Shown: positions 36,654-50,695, counted from the first letter of the whole stretch. The stretch is 63,228 nt of DNA, filler included, from Pirum gemmata (GCA_002812295.1; 19 parts of 19 records of this genome joined end to end with filler, not necessarily neighbours in it); one strand, 5' to 3'. The notes: generated by a model from the sequence alone, not told the origin. Translations and numbers: made by a program.

Positions 36654-36770
36654 TCTAACCCTAACCCTAACCCTAACCCTAACCCTAACCCTAACCCTAA
36701 CCCTAACCCTAACCCTAACCCTAACCCTAACCCTAATTCTAATCCTAATCCTAACCCTAACCCTAACCTT
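36654..36770 (+). repeat. Interstitial (CCCTAA)n tract
   Basis: About 19 units, internal to the scaffold, abutting a truncated MITE-A end. Confidence 0.92.
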
Positions 36771-36772
36771 AA

Positions 36773-36927
36773 TTTTTCAGTTGTTTTGTCATTATTAAAT
36801 ATAAATTAATACAACATAAATCCATTTCGTTTTATTTGGTATATCTTATTATCTGTTTATTCGTGCCAATTTAAATACTATAACCAACCAAATAAATATT
36901 TAGTGGCAAAATAAATGAAAAGCACAA
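36773..36927 (-). mobile_element. MITE family A copy; partially duplicated with its flank at 37250-37390
   Basis: Reverse complement similarity to 8006-8190. Confidence 0.7.
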
Positions 36928-37920
36928 TACTTTAAAATTTCTAATACATTTTAAAAACGTAGAATATGCTTTCCTTTTTCCAGCTCCATTGGTTTAAATT
37001 AAAGATAAGCATTAATATTTTTATGTACATTCTTATAATCAGGTCCTTATTTAAAAGCACCCGGTTTTCTAACACGTTTACATACCTCAAAAGTGTCATT
37101 GTTATTGTTATTGTTATTGTTATTGTTATTGCTATTGCTATTGTTATTGTTGTTATTGTTATTGTTATTGTTGTTATTATTCTTATTGTTATTGTTATTG
37201 AGTTATTGTTATTGTTATTGGGTTATTGTTATTGTTATTGTTATTTTTGTATCCATTTCGTTTTATTTGGTATATTTTATTATCTGTTTATTCGTTTAAA
37301 AGTGCCAATTTAAATACTATAACAAACCAAATAAATATTCAGTGGCAAAATAAATGGAAAGCGCAATACTTTAAAATTTCTAATACATTTATGATAGATG
37401 TATTTATCAAGAATTTGCTTTCCATCTTCATTAACTTCTCCTTCACTGGTCAAAAGAGAGTGATAAAATATATTTGACTTTTCTCAATAAAGGTTCATTA
37501 ATTAAACAATCTTGTTGTTTACAAATATTTAAATTTATTTATCAATTATATTTTTGTTTTGTTTTGTTTTTTATTCTTTTCGTTTTTTTGTTAATAATAT
37601 AATATAATGATAATAATATAACATAATGATAATAATATAACATAATGATAATAATATATCATAATGATAATAATATATAATAATTAATATTAATAATAAT
37701 ATATAATAACGATGATAATAATAAAAATAATATAATAATAAAGCTATAATAAAATATATAGTAATGATAATAATAATTATAATATTAATATTTATTAATA
37801 ATAACAATAATAATGTATATNNNNNNNNNNNNNNNNNNNNNNNNNNNNNNNNNNNNNNNNNNNNTTAATTAATTAANNNNNNNNNNNNNNNNNNNNNNNN
37901 NNNNNNNNNNNNNNNNNNNN

Positions 37921-39201
37921 ACCCAAGTTTGGTTCTTAAAATAGTGTCTAAAACGTGATCATCTCCACATAGCCAGGCTATTTTGTCTGGGGTTTCATCT
38001 AATTGAACTCTGTTGTAAGCACACATTACAGCACCAACTCCAGCCTTGATTCCTGGTGTAAAGACCTTTTCATCGAAAAAAAAGTTATATAAAAGTCTAA
38101 TTAGTGTTATTCTATTATAATACATATTTATTACTTTAATTATTATTATATAAAAGTCTAATTAGTGTTATTATATTATAATATATATTATTACTTATTT
38201 ATCACTTTAATTGGAAGTTTGGATAAGGGTTTTGTAATGTTGTAGTTTCTTGTTATTTGTTTTTGTTTTATTTAGTTTGTTATTAGGAGTTAGGAATTAG
38301 GGTCATATTATGTTGGTTTGAATAGATCTAGAATATGATTATTTTTAGATTTTAGGGTTAGGAGTTTTATTAAAGGTTTTAATATTAGAGGTTAGAATTA
38401 CCGGCATATACGATTCCATCATGGTGGCTTCATCCAACTGAGCGATATTAGCACGCCTGTTTAACTCTTGTTGGTTCAGTGCATAATGTTTTAAGGTAGC
38501 CAAGACCTTGTTTTTTTGTACCCCAGCAACCCATTGTTGTTGTCCTACGGCTAAATAGGCATCTTCACCACCCGCATATTCCCAGTTACGACCACAAGTA
38601 GGTAAACGGTGAAGGTTAAGACCCGGGGCTAATTGAGTGTTTGCACCAGATTCTTTAAAATCTCTAGCTCCAACATCACCAATATGGAATAAAAATTCAG
38701 GACTAAAAGTAGCAGTTTGCGCTGCCCCAACTGGCCAGGCTAATCCGTCCACTGTGGTACCGTTCAAGAGATTTCTTAATCCACTACCTATTGTTATTAA
38801 TTCATAATTAATTTATAAATATTTATTATTTATAATGATTGAAGTAAATAAATATATTATTTGTATGTTAATAATTTATATAAGAGTTGATATATATACA
38901 TTATATATATATTAATTATCTAGTACATTCATATAACTGTAATACAAACATTTATTATTGTTTTTATTGAATATTAACAATACTAACCTCCATCCATCAT
39001 TGTTACCAAAGGCACAGGAGCAGAATAGTTAGCCAATGTACCAACAAAATCGTCAGTATTGTTACCACCGAAAGTATCATCTGCGGCAATCCAATCCTCG
39101 ACCAAGTTAGGGTTCTGTATCATAAAGTTTTCAGCACACATTTGTGCTGGACGATAGAGAAAATTACCATCGTAATTAGGAGTCCAAGCTTCAGTTGCCA
39201 T
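37921..39201 (-). CDS. Glycoside hydrolase family 3 (beta-glucosidase-like), N-terminal part, three exons
   Basis: Exons 39201-38988, 38787-38402, 38065-37921. GH3 motifs APGLNLHRLPTCGRNWEY, GEDAYL, ATLKHYALNQQE, AGVGAVMCAYNRV, ILRTKLG; cut by scaffold end before the catalytic SDW-type motif. Confidence 0.9.
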
Positions 39202-39596
39202 GTTTAATTAATATTATAAATTATTATATACGGGTTGGTTTTGAGTGTTGGTTGATAAACTGCTGGTATAATTATTAGAAATGTAAAACTTGCAATTGTT
39301 TTTAATGTTTTTTGTTGTTGTTTTTGGTTTTTTTTAGTTTTTACATTATTTTATCAAATTTTCCATAGCACACTGTTTCGCTTTTTTTTTTAAATACTTT
39401 TTTTTTCCTTCTTTTTTTGACTATGTCATAGCTAAAAGTGATATCAATATAATTATGATACCGGTAGATTATATACATTATCGTAGAAATCTGCTTGTGA
39501 CTATAGTCTATAATTCTATAATATCACAGGTCTAGCTAGCTACTAGTAGTAGTAGCTAGCTAGAGCTAGAACCGTTCTTGAAATAGTCTAAGTCAC

Positions 39597-39772
39597 TGTG
39601 CTTTTCATTTATTTTGTCACTCTGAATATTTATTTTGGTTGGTTATAGTATTTAATTTGATATTTTTTTAAATGAATAAATAGATAATAAAATTTTATAA
39701 ATTAATTAAAAGGATTTATATTATATTAATTTGGTACTATTTATTGTATGGCAAAACAGCTAAAAAGTACTA
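39597..39772 (+). mobile_element. MITE family A copy
   Basis: Colinear with 8006-8190. Confidence 0.75.
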
Positions 39773-41049
39773 TAAATACATCATGATGATGTATCGATCA
39801 CCCCTCTAAACTAGCTACTTAGCAAGTCTAACCGTACGCGTAAAACCCTAAACTCCCTAGCCTAAACTCCCAGTCTCCTTTGAAGAGAATTAATGATAGG
39901 ATAACCCTTAAGGTCCTAACCCAAATTGTCTCGAAATATAACCAGTACTTATAATAATGTATATTATAATATGATATAGTCCGTCTGTTTTATACTACCC
40001 TGAAACACTTATAAAAACCCTAATCTTTCCAACACTTTTCCAACCCTAATATCAAAAAACAGTTATCATTAATTAACAGTCTCGTTCTCAACAGGCAAAC
40101 CCTAACCACCCCTAACCCCAAATAGTCTCCAAATATAACCCAATATATTTTATGATAGACTATCAATCATATGATTCATATCACCCACCAGTCACCCACC
40201 CGGGTCACCCCTAAGGGTTTTTTTCAAATCCGTGAAAAATCCACAAGAAGAACACTACAACTAATAAGTCTACAAGAAGTTCAAGAACCATGAAATTTAA
40301 TCTGTGAAAAATCCACTGGTTACAAACACTTGTAACAAACCAAAATGGTTTGTAAACAAGACGACCGTCTCTACTAAGCTAGGCTAGCTAGTAGTAGCTA
40401 TAGCTAGTTACTACTAGGTTGGTTATAATATTTTGATTGACATTGTTAATTTTAAAGGAATAAATGGATGATAAAATAGACTATATCAAACTAAATGAAA
40501 TGGATAGATAAACAGAAAACAGAAGAAAAAAACAGAAGAAAAAAAAACCAAAAAAAAACTATATAGATTATAGACTAGTCGTCTAACTAAGACTCGTCTT
40601 TAGACTGAAAAAAAAAAAAAAAATCTATCGATACGATAGTGTCTGATATTATCTATGATAGCTATGAATGCCTATGATATGATAAATTGATAATACTAGC
40701 TAGCTATAGTAGAGCTATGATAGCTACTAGCTAGTATGAGTAGTATCTATATATTATAATAATATTATAAAATAAAATAAAAAAAAATCTACCTAATAAA
40801 ACAAAAAGAACACTACAGAAGAAAACTAACAATATTGTTAGACCTGGTAATTTATTATGATATACTGCTGATTGTAAAAGGGCCTTTGTAAATAGTCTAG
40901 GCCTTTGTAAGTTAAATTGCATCATATAATTATAATATATATATATATANNNNNNNNNNNNNNNNNNNNNNNNNNNNNNNNNNNNNNNNNNNNTTAATTA
41001 ATTAANNNNNNNNNNNNNNNNNNNNNNNNNNNNNNNNNNNNNNNNNNNN

Positions 41050-41294
41050 CCACGACCACCTCCACTTACATCACTTTCTACTCCTACTACTCCCTATTCC
41101 TACTTCTACTTTTACTACTACTACAGTTATCGATCCACCACCACTACTACCTCCACTTACATCACTTTCTACTCCTACTGCTCCCTATTCCTACTTCTAC
41201 TTTTACTACTACTACAGTTATCGATGTCATTACCACCACCACTACTACCTCCACTTACATCACTTTCTACACCTACTACTCCCTATTCCTACTT
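41050..41294. repeat. Minisatellite, about 2.7 copies of a ~90-bp unit
   Basis: ACCTCCACTTACATCACTTTCTAC(T/A)CCTACT...CCCTATTCCTACTT occurs three times. Confidence 0.85.
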
Positions 41295-42021
41295 ATAATT
41301 ATATGAGCAATCTTTTAATATCAATTTATTAGCTACTACCTACAGATCTACGTTACTATTTTTACTATAATACCAATATTAATGACACCAACACTCTGTG
41401 ATAATAAAGGTAACAATAACAACAACAGCAAATATTATTAATACTACCACTACTATTTTTAGAAATAGCAAAAATAACAACAGCAAGGTTATATACAAAT
41501 AATTAGTACTCCTAATCCTACGCCTATTATAACTATGACCTATTTTATAACACTATTACAGTCATTTAACATTGCAAACGTACACGAGATAGTATGATTA
41601 TCAATCCTATTTATTAAAAAGTTTTTACAATGTAATAATTATAGCAAAACGAGAAAAGAAAATAATATTGCAATTTATAATTAGTATTAATTAAAGAATT
41701 TTAAAACTTCAATACGAAATGGTGCAATAATAATGATAATAAGTATACTTGCTATTAATAACTAGCCAAATTATTAATAAATCTGGCCATTTGTTCATAA
41801 TAGAGTTATCTTACTTAATATTTCTCAAAGTACCTTTGTTAAAATTGGAGCATTTTGAGATTTTTTGGATTTTTGAGCTCATAATATTATGACAGATGTC
41901 TCAATTATTTTTATTCGGTTTGGCTAAATAATAAAAAAATAAATGAAATAACAAAAGGTGTAAAACAAAAGATTAATTAAATAAAAATAAATATAAATGT
42001 GTTTGGTTTAATTCAAAAGTT

Positions 42022-42088
<67 letters not shown>

Positions 42089-42242
42089 AAATCAAAATCA
42101 AAATCAAAATCAAAATCAAAATCAAAATCAAAATCAATATCAAAATCAAAAAAATCTCAAACCAAAATTACCCACAAAAACTAAAACTAAAACAAACATT
42201 ACTACACCTCTTAACACTATAACACCATTATTATTTTTTACA

Positions 42243-42923
42243 ATGAAGGCAACACAAATCACAGCTCTTCTTTTTATCACCGTTTGTACCATTCTACTTC
42301 AAACTGCTGAAGCACACTCAAAAGCCCCGAGAATTATAACGAATACCCATAAAGTCCACTGCGAAAAAGAATTATGGTGGCAAGAGTTATACCGCCAAAG
42401 TCGTCATGTGCGTGAATGTGTAAATCGTCGAGTTGGTTATATTCCAACTGTTCGTACTAAATATGTAAAGTCTGGTTTTAAGCCTACATATTCACCTGCC
42501 CCACAGGGTATGTTTACAAGCTTGCTTAATCGATTTCGACGGGGACATCATAAAAAAGGTGGCCGTAGACAAGAAGTTGTAACCAGAACAAATGTAGTAA
42601 AATATGATAAAATTTTAGATAATGGTGTAAAAGTTACTGATGTATTAATTTGTTTGGAACAACTAATTGGGAATAACAATCAAGGTTTTGTACCGCCTAA
42701 CTATGGTGGCAATAATGGTGGTAATGGTGGTAATGGTGGTAATGGTGGTAATGGTGGTAATGGTGGTAATGGTGGTAATGGTGGTAATGGTGGTAATGGT
42801 GGCGATGATGATGATAAGCAAGTTCAATGTACAATTATTAACAAAATCATCAATAATAATGATAATGATAACAAAAATCTTGGTGGGGAGTGCCCAGTAT
42901 GTGAATGTCCAAAAATTGATTAA
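42243..42923 (+). CDS. Secreted protein of unknown family, (GGN)n linker; paralog of 43255-44064
   Basis: 226 aa with signal peptide; shares VHCExxLWWQELYxQS, KILDNG and VxCxIxNxIxN blocks with its neighbour. Confidence 0.85.
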   Translation: MKATQITALLFITVCTILLQTAEAHSKAPRIITNTHKVHCEKELWWQELYRQSRHVRECVNRRVGYIPTVRTKYVKSGFKPTYSPAPQGMFTSLLNRFRRGHHKKGGRRQEVVTRTNVVKYDKILDNGVKVTDVLICLEQLIGNNNQGFVPPNYGGNNGGNGGNGGNGGNGGNGGNGGNGGNGGNGGDDDDKQVQCTIINKIINNNDNDNKNLGGECPVCECPKID

Positions 42924-43254
42924 AGGTAAAATTGAAGTTACCATTGATCAATCAAACTAATTGGTATTACTTAAAACGTCACTTGTTTTTTTTTTTAAAA
43001 AAAATATAATATAATTTTATCTAGATGATAATCTGTTTATAAAAAAAAATAAAAAAAAATAAAAAAATAAAAAAATAAAAGAATTTAAATTTTTATTTTT
43101 TGATATTATTATTATAATAATATTGTATTATAATAATGTTCAGTTATATTGTTATATTCCACTTTTTATTATAAAACGTAAATAAGTAATTATATGGGTT
43201 TTCTTATTATTTCCAAAAATATAATTATAAGTATGCTAGTGGTTATGCCTAGGC

Positions 43255-43443
43255 TTATGCTGCACATGGATCGATCACACCACCTACTGTTTTGGTTACT
43301 GTCTCTGTGGTTGTAACTGTTACAGTTACTACTTCAGGTTCAACAGGAGTGGGATCTTTAGAATTCTCACAATCACAAACATTATGATTGGTATTTTTGT
43401 TAACAATATGGTTTACAATGTTGCATTTAACTTCTTGTATTTT

Positions 43444-43477
<34 letters not shown>

Positions 43478-44064
43478 CGCCCATCACGACCACCATCACG
43501 ATTATCAACGCGACCTCGATATCTAGTTTGTAGATTAAAAATGTCACCATTTGTTATTACAGGTCTTTCAAGCTTAGGTCTTTCAATTAATTCTGTTATA
43601 CAATTCAACACATTTGTTTTTAAAATACCATTATCTAAAATCTTATTCTTTTTCACTATTTTAGTTTGAACCAGGTTTTCATTTCTCTTACTATAACCTC
43701 CTTTTTTATTATGTGTGCCCCAAGTTCTTCTTACTCTGTTTACTAAATTTTCTAAATAACTTGGATCTGGGGATTTTTCATCTGTTATAGGTGTAAACTT
43801 TTGGATATCCCGAGCAAATCGGCTTCGGTAAATTGGACGTCTTGTAATTCCTTGTAAACGATCAACACAACCCCTGATGCTACCACTTTGGTGGTATAAC
43901 TCTTGCCACCATAATTTTTGCTCACAATGTACATCCACAGTTTTATAAGTAATTTGCTGTTTGTTTTTTTTATGATGACGTGCCTGGGTTGTTGTTATTA
44001 ATGATGTTATACAAAGAACGGAAAAAATTACGACAAGTGAATTATTTAATATGGAAAATTTCAT
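43255..44064 (-). CDS. Secreted protein of unknown family, Thr/Val-rich tail; paralog of 42243-42923
   Basis: 269 aa with signal peptide; same conserved blocks and Cys pattern. Confidence 0.85.
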
Positions 44065-45050
44065 TTTTTTTTTTTTTTNNNNNNNNNNNNNNNNNNNNNN
44101 NNNNNNNNNNNNNNNNNNNNNNTTAATTAATTAANNNNNNNNNNNNNNNNNNNNNNNNNNNNNNNNNNNNNNNNNNNNAGTAAATTATTTTTTCTAAACT
44201 TTTTTTAGTAAATTATTTTTTCTAAACATGTACTCGAGAGTATTCTTTTTCACTGTGTTAGCAATAATTACCCTCTTTCTTGGTGAAAAATATCAGGTCA
44301 AACACATATATAAATGTAGAGTGTATAATTATGTATGATATTTTCTTTTTATTACATTTCTTGTTTTCTTTTTTCTTCCTAGTGTCACCTTAACCACCTA
44401 CCCTAACTCTATCTAAAGTTGTTGGCCTAAAATTGGACGGGGGCAGGGGTCGAGTCAAAATCTTCAGCTCAGCCCCCCCCCCCCCCCCTCCCTTTACATA
44501 CTCACAGTAAATAAGGGTGGGTGGGTGAGGAAAAAAACAATATAAATCATAATCATACACAAAAAAGAAAACACATGTGCACTATCAGATATAAATATAA
44601 CTACTGCTATTACTACACACAACATTAATATAATAATATAAATCATAATCATACACTAAAAAGAAAATACACTGTCAAATATAAATATAACAACTACTAT
44701 TACTACACACAACATTAATATAAAGTACAATTTAACGAATAACAGTTATAAATTTGATTTATTATTATTATTATTAATTAACCCTCCTTACCAAGTTTAA
44801 AATACTAACTAGTCAAATTATTATTAAAATCTAATGAGTGATTGGTTCATAATAGAGTTTTGTTAGTTAAACGATTTCTCACATTTTGGTAGTACTTTCT
44901 TTAAAAAATTGAGATTTTTCGGATTTTGAGCTCATACGCCGGATGTCCCTAACCCTGACCCTAACTCTTACCCTGACCCTAACTCTAACCCTGACCCTAA
45001 CTTGAACCCTGACGTTGACCCTAACCCAACCTTTGGTTCATTCATCATGA

Positions 45051-45512
45051 TCACTTACAAAAGAAACGAGCAATTCCCCTTCTTTCCAAAATATCAAACA
45101 TTTGCTCATTGGAATACAAAACAGGATCGTCATATTCAGCAACAAGTAAATTACCAATTCTCACTTGTTCTTCAAAAATTTCGAGAAATAAGAACACCGC
45201 TTTATTGCTAAAGCATTTATCAGTATACCTATTCAATTTGGTGGTATAACCAAAATATTGTTTTCTCGCATTTTTTTCCCAAGACTCCAAATTTTGGAAT
45301 GGGTATTTTTTTTTGTAGTATTGTATCCCAGCGGCCATTAGTAAATCATATGTGTTTGTTACAGCTCTTATTTTATTCTCATAAATATTGACATAGTGAG
45401 TTAATGACGATAATGTTGATAGAGATGATGATGATGATGATGATAAAGGTATTTGCTGCTGTTGTCGTTGTAATGATGATGATGAGATGGGTATTTCATG
45501 TCGTTGTTGTAT

Positions 45513-45546
<34 letters not shown>

Positions 45547-46208
45547 ATTTTTTGTCGTCGTGTTTGTTTAAGTTTATTCACATTTTGTCTATTTAACGTT
45601 GTTATTGATGACATTGTAGTAGCTATTTGGTTTTCTTCTAAATACTCGTATAATTCATCATATTTTGTAGAAATAAAAGTTTCGTAATACAAAGAATTAA
45701 AACTAGACAATTCTGTTTTAACATTTGGCGCAATCAAGAACCGGTTAAAGCATTTAATGGCTTCTTCAGCATTTTTCAACTCAAACCATAAATACAAGAT
45801 ATGATTAAGCAATTCATTTTTCCCTGGTATATAACTTGGTAACATTTCCAATTTTCTTTTTACTTCATCATCATTAGAAATAGTATAAACGTCTTGAATA
45901 TTTTGTATTGTAGCAATCATTTTTGGATGCAATCTGTTTTCTGCATTATCAAACCCTAAGCTGCCTAATGAAAAAGAGTTTGCTATAGTTTCATCACTTG
46001 TTTCTACCTCCATGTCCTCAAATAAAAAATTAGAAGGAGAGAATATTTTGTGTCTATGTAAAAGTTTTCTTGAGGCTGCCTTTAAACGATATTTTGCTCT
46101 TTCTGTTATTTTTCCAGCTGCAGTTAGTTGATACAAGTAACAAAAGCAAATAAGTAATAAAATAAAATATTTACAATAGTAATTGTAAGATGGTTTTGAG
46201 AGCAACAT
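45051..46208 (-). CDS. Hypothetical secreted or membrane-anchored protein with poly-Ser/Gln insert
   Basis: Intronless 385-aa ORF with a hydrophobic N-terminal segment ending LTAA; no recognised domain. Confidence 0.7.
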
Positions 46209-46459
46209 AATTATATTTATTTCTTACTATTGTTATATATTATTAATTTAGGTATGCTATATATTATATATAATATATAATCATTAATTAATTGTTATTA
46301 TTATTATTATTGTNATTATTGTGTATATCGTATATTTGGGGAGATTTAATACTAATGAATAGGTTCATACAATAAATAACAAACGTTTTTTTAAAAAAAA
46401 GTTTTATTATATATTATTATTATTATTATTATTAATAATTATTATTATTATTATTATCA

Positions 46460-47200
46460 TTCGATCCTCTACGTCGCTGATCTGTTTGTTCTACACAGTT
46501 TTGTCACCAACTGATTAACCAGTTAGCCATATATTTAACCTTGGATCATCGACGCTTTTAAAAGTAGGATTGGTTACGTTAAAAGGTTTGATAAGTCCAT
46601 AAGTATTATTTTAATAAAATTTGCAGTTTGTTGTACATCTAAACTATTTTTGCCTGTTTCTAGTAAGTGATTTATGGTCATATCTGAAAAAACACGAAAT
46701 ACAGGAGGGACCTGTTGTTTCTCGAGTGATGTAGTATAGATATCTATTCGTTGTAAAGCACCTAGATAATGTAAAAGATTACATTCAGTCATATGATATA
46801 AGTCTCTTAATTAAGTTCTTAAAATTAGCCGAACCCCTTCTATCCTGAAGAGTGGAAAGGGAGGGTAATGGAATATTAGAGTTTTTTGTCAATGATTACG
46901 TACAAATACACTTAAGTATATGAATATAACAATGCAGTGTGTAAGCTCTTATGCTCAAGTCGTCTGGAAAAGAGGTGATAAAAAGGGATGCATCGTGCCG
47001 GCTTCGTGCATTACCCAATAAATAAAAACATTTTTGATTAACTTTGTGATTATCTTTAAAACTATCGCAATGGGATAAACACCAGCTCTTTTTGCTCTAT
47101 TTAATAAGGCTTTTTCTGTTGTATGTCATATACACATGCAAGTTTTCAGCCGTTTGTTTGTGAACAGGAATAATATCGATGTAGTGTAGACATGATATTG
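46460..47200 (-). pseudogene. Degenerate coding remnant, possibly the 3' part of a non-LTR retrotransposon
   Basis: Broken frames including LPSLSTLQDRRGSANFKNLIKRL; ends in an (ATA)n tail; several stops and frameshifts. Confidence 0.3.
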
Positions 47201-48081
47201 TCTGTAGACTATATTAATATCATATCATATTATTACTAATAAATATATAAATTCATAGCTTTTATTATTGTGTATATCGTATATTTGGGGAGATTTAATA
47301 CTAATGAATAGGTTCATACAATAAATAACAAACGTTTTTTTAAAAAAAAGTTTTATTATATATTATTATTATTATTAGATCCGGGTAGATCAGGGTGTCT
47401 ATAGATCTACTTTAACAAACAACAATACATCCTGATACCGGTATATTACCACTTTTTTGCTATATATATATAGCAAATTATCGGTTATTTTCGCCATATA
47501 TATTAATATAATATATAATATAAAATTAACATATAATATCGATATTATTATAAATAATATAATATAATGTAATATAATATTATAATATAGGCCTGGGGGT
47601 CTATAGACAGTAAACGTTATAAATAAATTATTGGATATAGACTGTGTTCCTATAATATCATATTAATACGTATAAATAGTACTATATACAGCGAAAGATT
47701 TTTAAAGCTAGATTTAAACTAAACGAAATATGATATTAATAATATAATACAATATTAATATTACATCTATTAATTGCAATATCGTCTCTGCACAGCGCGC
47801 AAAATAATACACAATTCGCGTTACGTGTATAATACATATATGCTACTTTAATTAATTCTTTAATTTTTATCATACACAATATTAATTGATATTAATATAT
47901 GTATAATAATATATATTATAGCTATACGGATTGTTCGAGTATTGCTAAAGAGTTGTTAGCTATAGGGTTATTAGATAGGATACGTTTTTAAAAGGTTTTA
48001 AAAATACTAACCCTAGCTATAGCTATTAATATATATATATATATATTAATTAATTAATATATAGGCCTCATTCATATAATA

Positions 48082-48314
48082 TCGTGTTTTTCAATAGTGT
48101 TGTCCAGTTCAAAAACTGAAATAAACGAGCCAAATTATTATTATGGTTAAACTATCAGACATGTTTTAATTAATTAATTTAATTTGGTATTTTAATAAAA
48201 TTTGTACTTTTAATTAATTAAAATATTGTATTTTATAAACAAGTTCAATTATACACTTAAATTTAAACTGTACCAAAGTAAAGATTGAGAGGATAAATGT
48301 AATGAAATAAACGA
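48082..48314 (+). mobile_element. MITE family B (~233 bp, short TIR TCGT, TA flanks)
   Basis: TA|TCGTGTTTTTCAATAG ... GTAATGAAATAAACGA|TA; left end resembles the family A TIR; four copies in the window. Confidence 0.75.
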
Positions 48315-48664
48315 TATAGGTTAAGTAGAGTCTCAATTAATGTTTTTATGGTATTGTAACTGACATTAATACTCATTATGCATAATTGTGATAAATTTTG
48401 ATGTTCATTGTAGTGAAATTGCATAATTATATCGTATACGTAGATGCTTGGTGGTTGAAATGCTAAATGATTAGGACAATATCAGGATAAAGGATAATAT
48501 TAATATTATGAACTATTATGATAATGGTCCATAACAATATTATGATGATGGTATCTATATGTGTGATAGTATTATATTTTATATTGTTATTATAAATTTA
48601 AATAATATAATACAATATTGTGTACATCACATTATTTGAAATACAATTTTCTATTTTTTTTTTT

Positions 48665-48906
48665 TTAACCACCGAACCATATATAAATGGTGACATCTGC
48701 CATATGACCATATGAGCTTAAAAATCCAAAAAATCTCAAAATGCTCCAATTTTAATGAAAGTACTACCAAATTTAAGGAATCGTCTAACTAAGAAAACTC
48801 TATTATAAACAAATGGTCAGTTTTTAAAAATAATTTGGCTACTTTCAGAAAAGAAGTCTAAAAAAAATTGAGTTCTGCAGCTTTTTATCCACCTTGGCTG
48901 TTGTTA
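48665..48906 (-). mobile_element. MITE family C copy
   Basis: Reverse complement similarity to 16844-17092. Confidence 0.7.
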
Positions 48907-49273
48907 GTCTGCGTACAAAAATATATATATTTATATGATTGAATCAAAAATATAATCGAGTACATTACAAAGTCTATGCTCGTTTTTCTTTCGAATTCAT
49001 CTTCCTTTTCGTCTCGGCCACTATTGGCTGATTTCATTTTTCAACACGCTTACAGTAGCTTGCAAAATGATTGGCTTTCTTATTTTTCCTTTTTCAAGAG
49101 TTTATCATTCTTTCTGGAAATAGAAAATCGAGTTGATCATTTTTTCATTTTGAGATCGAAAAGGTAATACGAATATCTAATAATATATATAAATAAAAAG
49201 TTTGAAAATACAGAATCCAAATACGACAAACCAAAAAAAAATTGATCTTATTTTTTCAAAAGAAAAACTGCAC

Positions 49274-49308
<35 letters not shown>

Positions 49309-50069
49309 NNNNNNNNNNNNNNNNNNNNNNNNNNNNNNNNNNNNNNNNNNNNTTAATTAATTAANNNNNNNNNNNNNNNNNNNNNNNNNNNNNNNNNNNN
49401 NNNNNNNNTATAATCTAATTATTAATTTAAAAATATCAATTTAAATATTATAACCAACAAAATAAATATTCAGTGAAAAATAAATGATGACTTTTTATGA
49501 TTATCAATATGATTTTAATTATCATAATAGCAAGCTCCCTACTCTTTACTAGCTAGCTAGCTAGCTAGAGCTCTCTACCTAGCTAGCTAGTAGTGCTAGC
49601 TAGTAGAAATTAACTAGTAGCTAGTAGCCAGAGCTCAAGCTAGCTAGAGCTATGATATTACTAGCTAGCTAGTCTCTACTAGCTAGTAGACTACTTTTTT
49701 TTATTATTTTTATTATATCATCATAGGTCTATTATAGCATATTATTTTAATTAAAGCTAGCTAGTCTACATAATATTTTTTAATAATAAAAATTAAATAA
49801 TAAGACTTTTTAAAAAAAACTTAGTGTTTTCTTTACTGGTGAATGGTTTGGTGATTACTACTAGCTGTAGATAATATTTTAAAAAAATAATAAGACTTAT
49901 TAAACTTAGTGTTTTCTTTATTGATGAATGGTTTGGTGATTACTAGCTATCATAGTAGTACTTCCTAGCAGCTACTAGTAGCTAGCTAGTTATTGATAGC
50001 TACTAGCTAGCTATGATAGGTAGAGGTCTGGTTACTTCTTGTTACTAGCTAGACTATCGTAGCTAGCTA

Positions 50070-50254
50070 TTGTGCTTTTCAGTTGTTTTGTCATCATAAA
50101 ATATACAATGAATAGTACCAAATTAACATAATATAAATCTATTCAATTTAATTTGGTATATTTTATTATCTATATATTGATTTAAAAATGTCAATTTAAA
50201 TATTATAACCCTCCAAATAAATATTTAGAGCGACAAAATAAATGAAAGGCACGA
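50070..50254 (-). mobile_element. MITE family A, full-length copy
   Basis: TA|TTGTGCTTTTCAGTTGTTTTGTCA ... CGACAAAATAAATGAAAGGCACGA|TA; 185 bp. Confidence 0.85.
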
Positions 50255-50532
50255 TAGTAGTAGACAAAGAGCTAGCTGTAGTCTAGCTAGCTACTAGTAG
50301 CTATGATATTATAGTCTGGTAGTAGCTAGCTAGCTAGACTAGCTAGTGGCAGCTATCAAATTTTTAAAAAATGTTGAAGAAAAGGGGGCCTACAGGCTAC
50401 AGGCTGCTACTAGCTCTAGAGTCCTTTTCTCTTTTCTACTCTTTTTCCAGCTTTTTCTAGCTAGTAGAGCTTTTTCTACTCTTTTTCTCCACCCGACTCC
50501 AGCCAGTACCGAGCAGGATCTACCGAGCCACT

Positions 50533-50695
50533 AGCTATAGCGCTATGATACATTTATTATTATTTACTTATTATCGTATCATATAGTTATAGCGCTATGA
50601 TACATTTATTATTATTTATTTATTATCGTATCATATAGTTATAGCGCTATGATACATTTATTATTATTTATTTATTATCGTCGTATCATATAATT
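50533..50695. repeat. Minisatellite, 3 x ~52 bp
   Basis: TATAGCGCTATGATACATTTATTATTATTTA...TATCGT occurs three times. Confidence 0.85.

Noticed and set aside
41050..41294. CRISPR-like repeat arrays here and at 50533-50695
   Set aside because: Head-to-tail minisatellites without unique spacers; no cas genes; eukaryotic context.
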